DNA of 12,455 nt from NCBI GenBank assembly GCA_031425655.1, contig JANPJS010000049.1:1-12455 (forward strand), in the 5' to 3' direction. The notes under the pieces are model-generated. The model searched no databases, was not told the origin of the DNA, and saw only the letters and a program-made list of their open reading frames with translations. Made by a program: the position numbers and the translations under genes. Source of the DNA: Abditibacteriaceae bacterium (lineage in GTDB: Bacteria; Armatimonadota; Abditibacteriia; Abditibacteriales; Abditibacteriaceae). Shown piece by piece: positions 1-7,497 of the stretch. Within the stretch, counting starts at the first letter, position 1. Every line of letters begins with the position of its first letter.

Positions 1-72
1 ATTTCACAAAGAATTTGAAAGTTGCTTTGTGAAATCTTTGTGCCGGGTGCCCTCTGGGCGGATGTCTTTGTG
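1..72. repeat. Short CTTTGTG/CACAAAG repeat cluster with an 11-bp inverted repeat, downstream of nuoB (probably truncated by the window edge)
   Basis: ATTTCACAAAG (1-11) is the exact reverse complement of CTTTGTGAAAT (25-35). CTTTGTG recurs at 25-31, 36-42 and 66-72. Confidence 0.5.
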
Positions 73-73
73 G

Positions 74-730
74 TTAAAGCGAAATTTCGTCGGTCGTTTT
101 GCCGTTGCTTTTGACCAGAGCATCTAAAGTGCGCCGCGCGTCTTTGAGCGCCGGCGTTTGAATGGCAGTCGGCTTGGGAATGGATTCACCTTTGCCGCGC
201 CGCAGGCCTTCACTCTCGATTTTCTTATGCAACTGCAAAATACCCCAGATAAGTTGTTCGGGGCGCGGCGGGCAGCCGGGAACGTAAATATCAACCGGCA
301 CGATGCGGTCTACTCCCTGCACAATCGCGTAGTTGTTGAACACGCCGCCGCAACTGGCGCACGCGCCCATCGAAATCACCCATTTCGGCTCGGCCATCTG
401 GTCGTAAATCTGGCGCAGAACCGGCGCCATTTTCTGCGAAACCCGGCCTGCCACAATCATCAAATCGGCTTGGCGCGGGCTGGCGCGAAAAACTTCCGAA
501 CCAAAACGCGAAATATCGTATTTCGCGCCGACAGTCGCCATCATTTCAATCGCGCAGCAGGCAAGGCCGAAAGTCAGCGGGAAAAGTGAGCCTTTCCGCG
601 CCCAATTCACGACATCTTCGAGAACGCCCAATGCGATATGATCTTCGACATTTTGCGACGCTGGATTGGCGCCGGTCAGCGGGCCTTTTGGCTCCAGCGA
701 AATCACGTTCGGATGATTAACTATTCCCAT
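74..730 (-). CDS. nuoB: NADH-quinone oxidoreductase subunit B
   Basis: Motifs [37 protein letters not shown] and [13 protein letters not shown]. Start placed at ATG 730 (MGIVNHP), overlapping the nuoA W-E-stop by 10 nt, a common nuoA/nuoB junction. 218 aa. Confidence 0.96.
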   Translation of the reverse strand: MGIVNHPNVISLEPKGPLTGANPASQNVEDHIALGVLEDVVNWARKGSLFPLTFGLACCAIEMMATVGAKYDISRFGSEVFRASPRQADLMIVAGRVSQKMAPVLRQIYDQMAEPKWVISMGACASCGGVFNNYAIVQGVDRIVPVDIYVPGCPPRPEQLIWGILQLHKKIESEGLRRGKGESIPKPTAIQTPALKDARRTLDALVKSNGKTTDEISL

Positions 731-1086
731 TCCAAAGCACCTCTGCGCCACAAATAAACGTAGCCGACGACTAAAAAGCCCAAAAATACCATCATTTCCA
801 GCAAGCCGAACAAGCGTAATTGCTTGAACATCACGGCCCACGGATAGAGAAAAATCGCTTCGATGTCGAACAAAATGAACAACATCGCGATGATGTAGAA
901 CTTGACCGAAAAGCGCAGGCGCGCATCGCCGACGGGGTCAATGCCGCATTCGTAGGGTTGATTTTTCACCGCGCCGGGCCGGCTGGGGCCAAGCACGCTG
1001 GACAAAAACAGAAACGCCACGCCGACGACCAAGCCGACGACCAGCAGAACTAATAATGGAAATACGTTTCCCGTAGGATTCAGCAT
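721..1086 (-). CDS. nuoA: NADH-quinone oxidoreductase subunit A
   Basis: [31 protein letters not shown]-terminal GALEWE, three hydrophobic helices. ATG at 1086 is preceded by GAGAG. 121 aa. Confidence 0.96.
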   Translation of the reverse strand: MLNPTGNVFPLLVLLVVGLVVGVAFLFLSSVLGPSRPGAVKNQPYECGIDPVGDARLRFSVKFYIIAMLFILFDIEAIFLYPWAVMFKQLRLFGLLEMMVFLGFLVVGYVYLWRRGALEWE

Positions 1087-1105
1087 GATTTTTCTCTCGT
1101 CAGGC

Positions 1106-1134
1106 AGTATAAAGGCTTGTGAAATTGCGCACAA
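1106..1134 (-). promoter_or_regulatory. Sigma70-type promoter of the nuo genes
   Basis: Minus strand TTGTGC (1134-1129), 17-nt spacer, TATACT (1111-1106), about 20 nt upstream of the nuoA ATG. Confidence 0.65.
1117..1134. promoter_or_regulatory. Rex (NADH/NAD+ sensor) operator-like site
   Basis: TTGTGAAATTGCGCACAA is TTGTG-N8-CACAA, close to the Rex consensus TTGTGAA-N4-TTCACAA. It overlaps the -35 and spacer of the nuoA promoter. Confidence 0.65.
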
Positions 1135-1176
1135 TGACTTACAACGGTATTTTCGGCACTAAAATGCTGACTTGAT

Positions 1177-1205
1177 TTGACAGAAGAGCGGCGGACGTTT
1201 AAAAT
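1177..1205 (+). promoter_or_regulatory. Near-consensus sigma70 promoter
   Basis: TTGACA (1177-1182), 17-nt spacer, TAAAAT (1200-1205). Divergent from the nuo promoter. Confidence 0.75.
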
Positions 1206-1635
1206 ATTACAGCGAAGTTACGACGACGTTGCGATGGGATTGCGAATCGGCGTTCGTCGAAAAAAGAGGGTTCTCTGCGCGCTGCCAACCGCAAGGTTAA
1301 GACAGTGTTAAATCAGCCGTTTTCGCAGAGTAAAGCTGCCGAAATGCTTCATCTTGGGCACCTTTTTAATTCTCGTGTGTGACTTCACAGCCTGAGATTT
1401 GCGGATGAAGGGAAGTGAGCGCAACAGCGATTCGTGCGCGAAGCGAACTTGGTAAGAACGGCATAGGAAACGTGGACACTGTGCTGCATCGCCAAATGAG
1501 TTTCAATCTCGAATCAAAGTTACGAACACTCAAGAGCATTGCGAATCGAAAGCCTTGAAATCATGCACCGGCGCCGCTTTTCCGTGCGAACATTGCCGTC
1601 ATCGTCACAAAACCGCACGAAAAGGGAGTAGTAAC

Positions 1636-2400
1636 ATGAACAAGACGTTCAAAGCCGCTTTGGCGGCAGCTTTGGTGTTCGGCAGCGCGCAAGTGGCGCA
1701 CGCCGACCTCAACCTCAGCGGCGCAGTCGGTCTGCCGCTCAACCCGACGGCGCAGATTCCAGACCCAGGTGGAGTCCGCTTGCAGGGCAACTACTACGAC
1801 GGCGGCGACGCCGGCGGTGGCAGCGCGAAAACCTACGGCATTTTTGCCGCGGGCCGCGTCGGAGAAAAGATCGAAGTCAGCGGTGGCATCAATCGCCTCG
1901 ACGGCGCCGGTGCCGGCATTGACAAGACAGGCTTTGCTCTTGGCGCGAAGTATTTGTTCACCAAAGAATCCGATCCGGCAGGCGTGCGCTTCGCAGTGGG
2001 CGCCGGCTACGACCGCGCTTTGTTGAAGAACTACCACGTCTATGCCGTGGCAACCAAATATCTTGGCTCCGTCAGCGGCGACAAGGTTCCGGTTGTGGGC
2101 CATCTCGGTCTGCGCTACGATCACTTCGGTTCGGTCGTTGACGACAGCAAAGTGTCGGTTTACGCCGGCGCCGAAGTGCCGCTCAGCCGCACTGGTGAGT
2201 TCCAGGTGATCGGAGAAATCCAGTCGAAGAATGTGACCGGCGGCAAAGTGCCGTATTCGGCATCGTTGCGTTATCGTCCGAAGGGCAAGCCTTTCGGCGT
2301 GACCGCCGGTTGGCAGCGTCATGGCGTTATCAGCGACGGCGGTTTCTTCGTGCAGCTTGGCTACACGTTCAACACCGGCTCCGATGCCGCTACGCCGTAA
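1636..2400 (+). CDS. Exported, probable outer-membrane beta-barrel protein (YjbH-like N-terminus)
   Basis: RBS AAGGGAG upstream of ATG 1636. Signal peptide MNKTFKAALAAALVFGSAQVAHA. LSGAVGLPLNPTA resembles the YjbH-type GxxGLxxxPTA start. Gly/aromatic alternating strands, with a last strand FFVQLGYTF. 254 aa. Confidence 0.7.
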   Translation: MNKTFKAALAAALVFGSAQVAHADLNLSGAVGLPLNPTAQIPDPGGVRLQGNYYDGGDAGGGSAKTYGIFAAGRVGEKIEVSGGINRLDGAGAGIDKTGFALGAKYLFTKESDPAGVRFAVGAGYDRALLKNYHVYAVATKYLGSVSGDKVPVVGHLGLRYDHFGSVVDDSKVSVYAGAEVPLSRTGEFQVIGEIQSKNVTGGKVPYSASLRYRPKGKPFGVTAGWQRHGVISDGGFFVQLGYTFNTGSDAATP

Positions 2401-2415
2401 GAGATGTTTGAGTTG

Positions 2416-2460
2416 AAAACAACAACGCCCCCGAAAATTTTTCGGGGGCGTTGTTGTTTT
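2416..2460. terminator. Bidirectional intrinsic terminator
   Basis: AAAACAACAACGCCCCCGAAAA-T-TTTTCGGGGGCGTTGTTGTTTT, a perfect palindrome with A/T tails between convergent genes. Confidence 0.9.
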
Positions 2461-2471
2461 TGCATTGAAAA

Positions 2472-3320
2472 TCAGCCGCGCGCGTGCGCATCGCCTTTGC
2501 GCCAATCGCTGCCGGAAGTGAAGCCGCCATCTACGTAAAGAATCTGGCCGGTGACGAAATTCGAGGCATTCGACGACAGAAAAATCAAAGCGCCGCCGAG
2601 TTCGGTTGGCTCGCCCCAGCGGCCCGCTGGCGTGCGATTGAGCACCCACGCATTGCGCTGATCTTCGCGCACCGGCTGCGTCATCGCCGTGTTGAAATAG
2701 CCGGGCGCGATGCCGTTGACCTGAATATTGTGGTCGGCCCATTCGACCGCCATCAGCTTGGTCAACTGGTTCATGCCGCCTTTGGCTGCTGAGTAGGGCA
2801 CAACGGTCGGCAAACCGAGAAACGAAGTCAGCGAGAGAATCGTGATGATCTTGCCGCTGCGTTGTGGCGCCATGACTTTGGCGCACTCGCGCGACAGAAA
2901 AAACGCGCCTTTCAAGTTGACATCAATGACCGCGTCCCAGTCGGCTTCGGAGATTTCCAGCGCGGGAATGCGCTTGTTGATGCCCGCGTTATTGAGCAAA
3001 ACGTCAATTTTCCCGAATTCCGTGACGACGGCGGGCACGGCTCTTTCAATATCGGCCACGCTGCCCACATCGGCGGCGAGCGATAAAATGCGCCGGCCCG
3101 TCGCGTCGGTAATGCGCTGGGCAACGTCGTCCAGCGTGTTTTGATCGCGGCCCAAAATCGCTAAATCGGCGCCGGCGCCGGCCAAAGCGAAGGCCATCGC
3201 TTCGCCCAGCCCGCGACTCGCGCCGCTGACGACGGCGACTTTGCCTTCTAACGAAAACTGTTTAATCGTATCTTGCGGCTGGTAATCGGGCAGCGGGGTG
3301 CCGGTTGTTTCGTGGTTCAT
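2472..3320 (-). CDS. SDR-family oxidoreductase, 2-deoxy-D-gluconate 3-dehydrogenase / gluconate 5-dehydrogenase-like
   Basis: SGASRGLG Rossmann motif, NNAG, catalytic YSAAK, NIQVNGIAPGYF, RTPAGRWG and VTGQILYVDGG, typical of the KduD/IdnO subgroup. Confidence 0.88.
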   Translation of the reverse strand: MNHETTGTPLPDYQPQDTIKQFSLEGKVAVVSGASRGLGEAMAFALAGAGADLAILGRDQNTLDDVAQRITDATGRRILSLAADVGSVADIERAVPAVVTEFGKIDVLLNNAGINKRIPALEISEADWDAVIDVNLKGAFFLSRECAKVMAPQRSGKIITILSLTSFLGLPTVVPYSAAKGGMNQLTKLMAVEWADHNIQVNGIAPGYFNTAMTQPVREDQRNAWVLNRTPAGRWGEPTELGGALIFLSSNASNFVTGQILYVDGGFTSGSDWRKGDAHARG

Positions 3321-3427
3321 AAAGACAAATTAACCACAGATGAGGCGTGTTGCACACCGCCGCAAGTTTGGCGCGGCTTTGTATATTAGATGAGGACGCA
3401 ATTTTATTGAATAGGGAGACAATCGCA

Positions 3428-4183
3428 ATGGCGATCAAAGTGACGGTCTGGGGCGAATTTCGCCACGAAAAGCGCAACGAAAAAGTGCGCGCAGTTTATC
3501 CCGAAGGAATGCACGAAGCCATCGCCGCCGGTTTGCGGCAGTTCGATGGGTTCGATGTGAAAACTGCGACATTAGATGAGCCGGAACACGGTTTAACCGA
3601 AGCAGTTTTGGCCGAAACCGACGTTCTGACGTGGTGGGGTCACATGGCGCACGGCGATGTGCAGGACGAAATCGTCAACCGCGTTCACAAGCGCGTGATG
3701 GAAGGCATGGGCCTGATCGTGCTGCATTCGGGCCATTTTTCCAAGATTTTCAAGAAACTGATGGGCACATCCTGCGACTTAAAATGGCGCGAAGCCGACG
3801 AAAAAGAGCGCCTGTGGGTATTGCAGCCCGGCCACCCGATTGCCGAAGGCATCGGCGAATATATCGAACTCGAAGCCGAAGAAATGTATGGCGAATTTTT
3901 CGATATTCCCCAGCCGGAGCAACTGATTTTCATGAGTTGGTTCGCGGGCGGCGAAGTTTTTCGCAGCGGCGCGACGTGGACACGCGGACTCGGCAAGATT
4001 TTCTATTTTCGTCCCGGCCACGAAACGTATCCGACGTATTTCAATCCGCAAATTCGCCGCGTCATCGCCAACGCCGCGCAATATGTGGCCCAGCCGGGCG
4101 GCGCGGCGCCCAAGTTCGGCAACGCCAAGCCGCTGGAAAAATTGGAAGCCTATAGCGGCGCACAGCCGGAAGGCTTTAAGTGA
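3428..4183 (+). CDS. thuA: Trehalose utilization protein ThuA family (class I glutamine amidotransferase-like fold)
   Basis: [60 protein letters not shown] and [22 protein letters not shown] before ATG 3428. 251 aa. Confidence 0.9.
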   Translation: MAIKVTVWGEFRHEKRNEKVRAVYPEGMHEAIAAGLRQFDGFDVKTATLDEPEHGLTEAVLAETDVLTWWGHMAHGDVQDEIVNRVHKRVMEGMGLIVLHSGHFSKIFKKLMGTSCDLKWREADEKERLWVLQPGHPIAEGIGEYIELEAEEMYGEFFDIPQPEQLIFMSWFAGGEVFRSGATWTRGLGKIFYFRPGHETYPTYFNPQIRRVIANAAQYVAQPGGAAPKFGNAKPLEKLEAYSGAQPEGFK

Positions 4184-4211
4184 AGCCGCGCTCTAATTCG
4201 GCGCGAAGCAC

Positions 4212-4242
4212 GAAGGCCGCAAGAGATTTTCTTGCGGCCTTC
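4212..4242. terminator. Intergenic stem-loop (possible terminator or mRNA-stabilising hairpin)
   Basis: 13-bp arms GAAGGCCGCAAGA / TCTTGCGGCCTTC with a 5-nt loop, downstream of thuA. No strong U-tract. Confidence 0.55.
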
Positions 4243-4265
4243 TCCGGGTTGCCTCCGGTTATTTT

Positions 4266-5330
4266 ATGCGCTACCTCTTTCTAATTTTCGCTCTTTGTCT
4301 GAGCTTCGCTCCGGTTTTTGCCGCGCCCGAATTGCGTGTCGCCACGCGCGAAATAGCGCCGTTCGTAGTGCCGCAAGGCAGTCAATTAAGCGGATTCAGC
4401 ATTGATTTATGGAACGCCATCGCCGCCGAACTGAAGGTGCAAACTCGGTTCAGCATCAAGAAAAACGTCGGCGAATTGCTGGCGGCGGTGAAAAATGGGC
4501 AAGCCGATGCCTCGGTCGCGGCCATTTCGGTGACGGCCAAACGCGCCCGCGAAGTGGATTTTTCGCAGCCGATTTACGATTCGGGGCTGCAAATTCTGGT
4601 GCGCGGCAAAGCCAGCACGCCTTCGCTGTGGGATGGCCTGATGCAGCTTTTGCGCTCGCCGATTATGGTTCAATTTGTCATCGCGGTGGCGTTGCTGATT
4701 CTGATTCCGGCGCATTTGCTGTGGTTTATCGAGCGCCATTCCAACGACGGCATTATTCGCCACGATACTTACTTTCCGGGCATTTTTGAGGCGGTTTGGT
4801 GGACGGTTTCGTGTCTGGCCACGCAAGCCGAGGAAATGCCGAAAACCGTCTGGGCGCGCATTTTGGCCGTAATCTGGATGTTTTTCGCGGTCATTTTCAT
4901 CGCTTACGTCACGGCGGCGCTGACGGCCAATCTGACGATGCAAAGTTTGCGCGGCGACATTCACGGGCCGGACGATTTGCCGGGCAAAAATGTGGCGACG
5001 GTCGCCGGCTCGACTTCGGCGGAATATCTGGGCGAGCGGAAAATTCGTGCCCAAAGCTTTGCTTCGGCAGACGAAGCGATTGGCGCTCTGGAAAAAGGTG
5101 AAGTCGCTGCCGTGGTTTACGATTCGCCGATTTTGCTGTATTACGCGGCCAATAAAGGGCAGGGAAACGTCGCGGTCGTCGGCGCAGTGTTTCGGCGCGA
5201 AAGTTACGCCATCGCGTTTCCCAACGGCTCACGCTGGCGTAAATCGGTCAACTTTGCGCTGCTTTCGCTCAGAGAAAACGGCGTCTACGACCAAATCCGC
5301 GAAAAATGGTTCGGCTCCGAAGGCGATTAA
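4266..5330 (+). CDS. Prokaryotic ionotropic glutamate receptor-like channel (split amino-acid-binding domain plus M1-pore-M2)
   Basis: Signal peptide, then S1 (IAPF, GFSIDLW, AISVTAKR, DFSQP), TM helix and LLWFIERH, pore helix FEAVWWTVSCLAT, PKT..ARILAVIWMF TM helix, and S2 (VAGSTS, VYDSP, YAIAFP, KWFG). Same topology as GluR0. Confidence 0.85.
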   Translation: MRYLFLIFALCLSFAPVFAAPELRVATREIAPFVVPQGSQLSGFSIDLWNAIAAELKVQTRFSIKKNVGELLAAVKNGQADASVAAISVTAKRAREVDFSQPIYDSGLQILVRGKASTPSLWDGLMQLLRSPIMVQFVIAVALLILIPAHLLWFIERHSNDGIIRHDTYFPGIFEAVWWTVSCLATQAEEMPKTVWARILAVIWMFFAVIFIAYVTAALTANLTMQSLRGDIHGPDDLPGKNVATVAGSTSAEYLGERKIRAQSFASADEAIGALEKGEVAAVVYDSPILLYYAANKGQGNVAVVGAVFRRESYAIAFPNGSRWRKSVNFALLSLRENGVYDQIREKWFGSEGD

Positions 5331-5366
5331 TGGCTCACCTTACGCTGTAGGATGTGATAGGCCAAA

Positions 5367-5524
5367 AGAGCGGCTTCGCCGCTCGTGGAAACCCCCAACC
5401 CCCTTGGTAAGGGGGCAAAACTGGGGCGCTACTGCATAAGCCAAGCTGGATTTTTCCCAAAGCGTAAGAACATAGCCCCCTTACCAAGGGGGTTGGGGGT
5501 TTCCACGAGCGGCGAAGCCGCTCT
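5367..5524. repeat. REPIN/MITE-like element: perfect 50-bp inverted repeats around a 58-bp spacer
   Basis: 5367-5416 AGAGCGGCTTCGCCGCTCGTGGAAACCCCCAACCCCCTTGGTAAGGGGGC is the exact reverse complement of 5475-5524. Each arm holds two internal palindromes. Confidence 0.9.
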
Positions 5525-5595
5525 GCACACTGCTTGCTATAAGTCCGCCGTGTGAGGAACTAATTTGGGTGCCCCTACATCGCCGGCGCCGCGCG

Positions 5596-5604
5596 TGATA
5601 CAAT
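5596..5604 (+). promoter_or_regulatory. Extended -10 promoter for mod
   Basis: TG-A-TACAAT ends 10 nt before the mod ATG. No SD sequence, implying a very short leader. Confidence 0.5.
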
Positions 5605-5614
5605 AACGCGCATT

Positions 5615-7492
5615 ATGGCACCTCCGATTTGGAACAAAGAAAACCCGCATCCGCTGTCGCAGCGCAAAACCGAACTGATTTGGGAAGGCAAATACGACGA
5701 ATACGGCAACCGCCGCGCGGTCGCGGTTCCCGGTAGCCCGCCGCCGATGCAGCGCATCGAAACCATTGACGCGCCGCGCGATTTGGCCAAAGCGCAGGGC
5801 GCCTTGTTCGAGCCGGAAATCAGCCACCGCGACGACTTTCGCAATCGCCTGCTGTGGGGCGACAACAAACTGATTCTCAATGCTCTGCGCGCCGAATTCG
5901 CGGGCCGCGTCAACCTGATTTATATTGATCCGCCCTTCGATGTCGGCGCCGATTTCACGCTCAATATCGAACTGGGCGACGGCGAAGGTGAAATCCACAA
6001 AGAGCAATCGTTGCTCGAAGCCGTCGCCTACCGCGATATGTGGGGCAAAGGCACCGATTCGTATCTGCACATGATGTATGAGCGGCTGACTCTGATGAAA
6101 GATTTGTTAGCCGAAAATGGGAGTATTTATGTGCATTGTAATCAAACCATGCTGGCTCTGTTGCGCGGGATTATGGATGAAGTCTTCGGGCAAAATAACC
6201 ATATGAACGACATAATTTGGCACTTTGAAAATAAGCCTAAATTTAGCTTTTCTAAAATGCAGCCACGAGATTGGGAATACATCATCGTTTACGCAAAATC
6301 TATCGGACGGCACACATTTCAGCATCAGGTCATTCCCGTAAAAGCCGTGCAACAACAAGCAGTTGTTGCATGGGATCCAATCGCGAAAAAACGCATAGCT
6401 AAACGCGATGATAGTGGTGATATTATCTACGAAACGAGAACCGAAAAGTTAATGGGCAGCGTATGGACTGTTCCTATTGTTCATCCCGTTGGATACGAAA
6501 GAACAGATTACGCCACCCAAAAACCCGAAGCTCTCCTCGAACGTGTTCTCAAAGCCTCGTCCAACGAAGGCGATTTAGTTCTCGATTGTTTTGGCGGCAG
6601 CGGCACGACGGCGGCGGTGGCGGAGAAACTGGGGCGACGCTGGATCACCTGCGATCTGGGGCGTTATGCGATTCACACGGCGCGCAAGCGTCTCATCGGC
6701 GTGCAGCGCGAATTGCACGACGCCGGCAAGCCGTATCGCTCCTTCGATGTCTTCAATCTCGGTCGCTACGAGCGCCAATGGTGGCAGCAGGAACGCCTCA
6801 AAGGCCACGATAAAGAGCATCGCCGCGTCGTCCTCGAATTTTTCAAAGCCGCGCCGCTTGCCAATCCGCCGTCGCCGCTTTTGCACGCTACGAAGGGCAA
6901 AGCCTACGTTTCGGTGGACGGCATTGACGGCGTTCTCACCTTCGCCGAACTCAACGAAATCGCGCGCGATGCGGCATCGGTCGGCGCGCCGGAAATCATT
7001 TGTCTGGCGTGGGAATTCGAGATGAATCTCAAACTGCGCGCGAAGGAATTGGAAGCCCTTCTCGGCTTGAAAATCGGCCTCAAATACATTCCGCGCGAAA
7101 TCATGGAAGCCAATCGCACGACGGTTCAATTCTTCGACGCGGCGGCATTGGAAGCCAAAGCCATTATCAAAGGCAAAACCGCCGACGTGGAACTGCTCTC
7201 GTTTTATCCGGCCCTCACCGAAGTTCCCGACAAAGAATTAACGGCCTTGCAGGAGCGCGCCATCAAAAGCCCGTTCGACTTCATAGACTTCTGGGCCATA
7301 GATTTCGAGCACAACGCCGACAAGCCCTTCGAGCATCACTGGCAAGACTTCCGCACCCGCAAAAACCGCAGTTTGAAGACGAAATCCGACGCCGCTTACG
7401 AGTATTCCGGCAAAGGCGCCAAGCAAATTTGCGTCAAGGTCATAGACGTTTTCGGTGTTGATACTTCGATTGTGATTGATGTTAAAGTTTAA
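5615..7492 (+). CDS. mod: Type III restriction-modification DNA methyltransferase (Mod), beta-class amino-MTase
   Basis: NRLLWGDN, catalytic [30 protein letters not shown]-binding [16 protein letters not shown]. Long C-terminal extension ending VKVIDVFG. Lies upstream of a Res gene. Confidence 0.92.
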   Translation: MAPPIWNKENPHPLSQRKTELIWEGKYDEYGNRRAVAVPGSPPPMQRIETIDAPRDLAKAQGALFEPEISHRDDFRNRLLWGDNKLILNALRAEFAGRVNLIYIDPPFDVGADFTLNIELGDGEGEIHKEQSLLEAVAYRDMWGKGTDSYLHMMYERLTLMKDLLAENGSIYVHCNQTMLALLRGIMDEVFGQNNHMNDIIWHFENKPKFSFSKMQPRDWEYIIVYAKSIGRHTFQHQVIPVKAVQQQAVVAWDPIAKKRIAKRDDSGDIIYETRTEKLMGSVWTVPIVHPVGYERTDYATQKPEALLERVLKASSNEGDLVLDCFGGSGTTAAVAEKLGRRWITCDLGRYAIHTARKRLIGVQRELHDAGKPYRSFDVFNLGRYERQWWQQERLKGHDKEHRRVVLEFFKAAPLANPPSPLLHATKGKAYVSVDGIDGVLTFAELNEIARDAASVGAPEIICLAWEFEMNLKLRAKELEALLGLKIGLKYIPREIMEANRTTVQFFDAAALEAKAIIKGKTADVELLSFYPALTEVPDKELTALQERAIKSPFDFIDFWAIDFEHNADKPFEHHWQDFRTRKNRSLKTKSDAAYEYSGKGAKQICVKVIDVFGVDTSIVIDVKV

Positions 7493-7497
7493 GAACT

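Noticed and set aside
1380..1475. Possible TPP or cobalamin riboswitch (CTGAGA, AAGGGAA, GAACTTG...ATAGGAA)
   Set aside because: Only scattered fragments match. The TPP ACCTGATC...TAATGCC core and the cobalamin B12-box/CCCGCAACTGT core are absent.
1561..2886. 441-aa minus-strand ORF and other long overlapping ORFs (158-589, 4407-5054, 5537-6070, 6575-7129, 9386-9913)
   Set aside because: Antisense or off-frame shadows of well-supported genes in GC-rich DNA, with no recognisable motifs. The 441-aa ORF also runs through a terminator.
731..3427. Upstream starts from the ORF track for nuoB (841), nuoA (1134), the barrel gene (1555) and thuA (3347)
   Set aside because: The extensions overlap other genes or promoters. 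Downstream ATGs fit the RBS, signal peptide or family N-terminus better.
5367..5524. CRISPR mini-array or autonomous IS
   Set aside because: The repeats are inverted rather than direct, there are only two copies, and there is no cas gene, transposase or target-site duplication.
5615..7492. Phase-variable simple sequence repeat in mod (phasevarion)
   Set aside because: No tandem SSR or long homopolymer seen, and the frame is intact.
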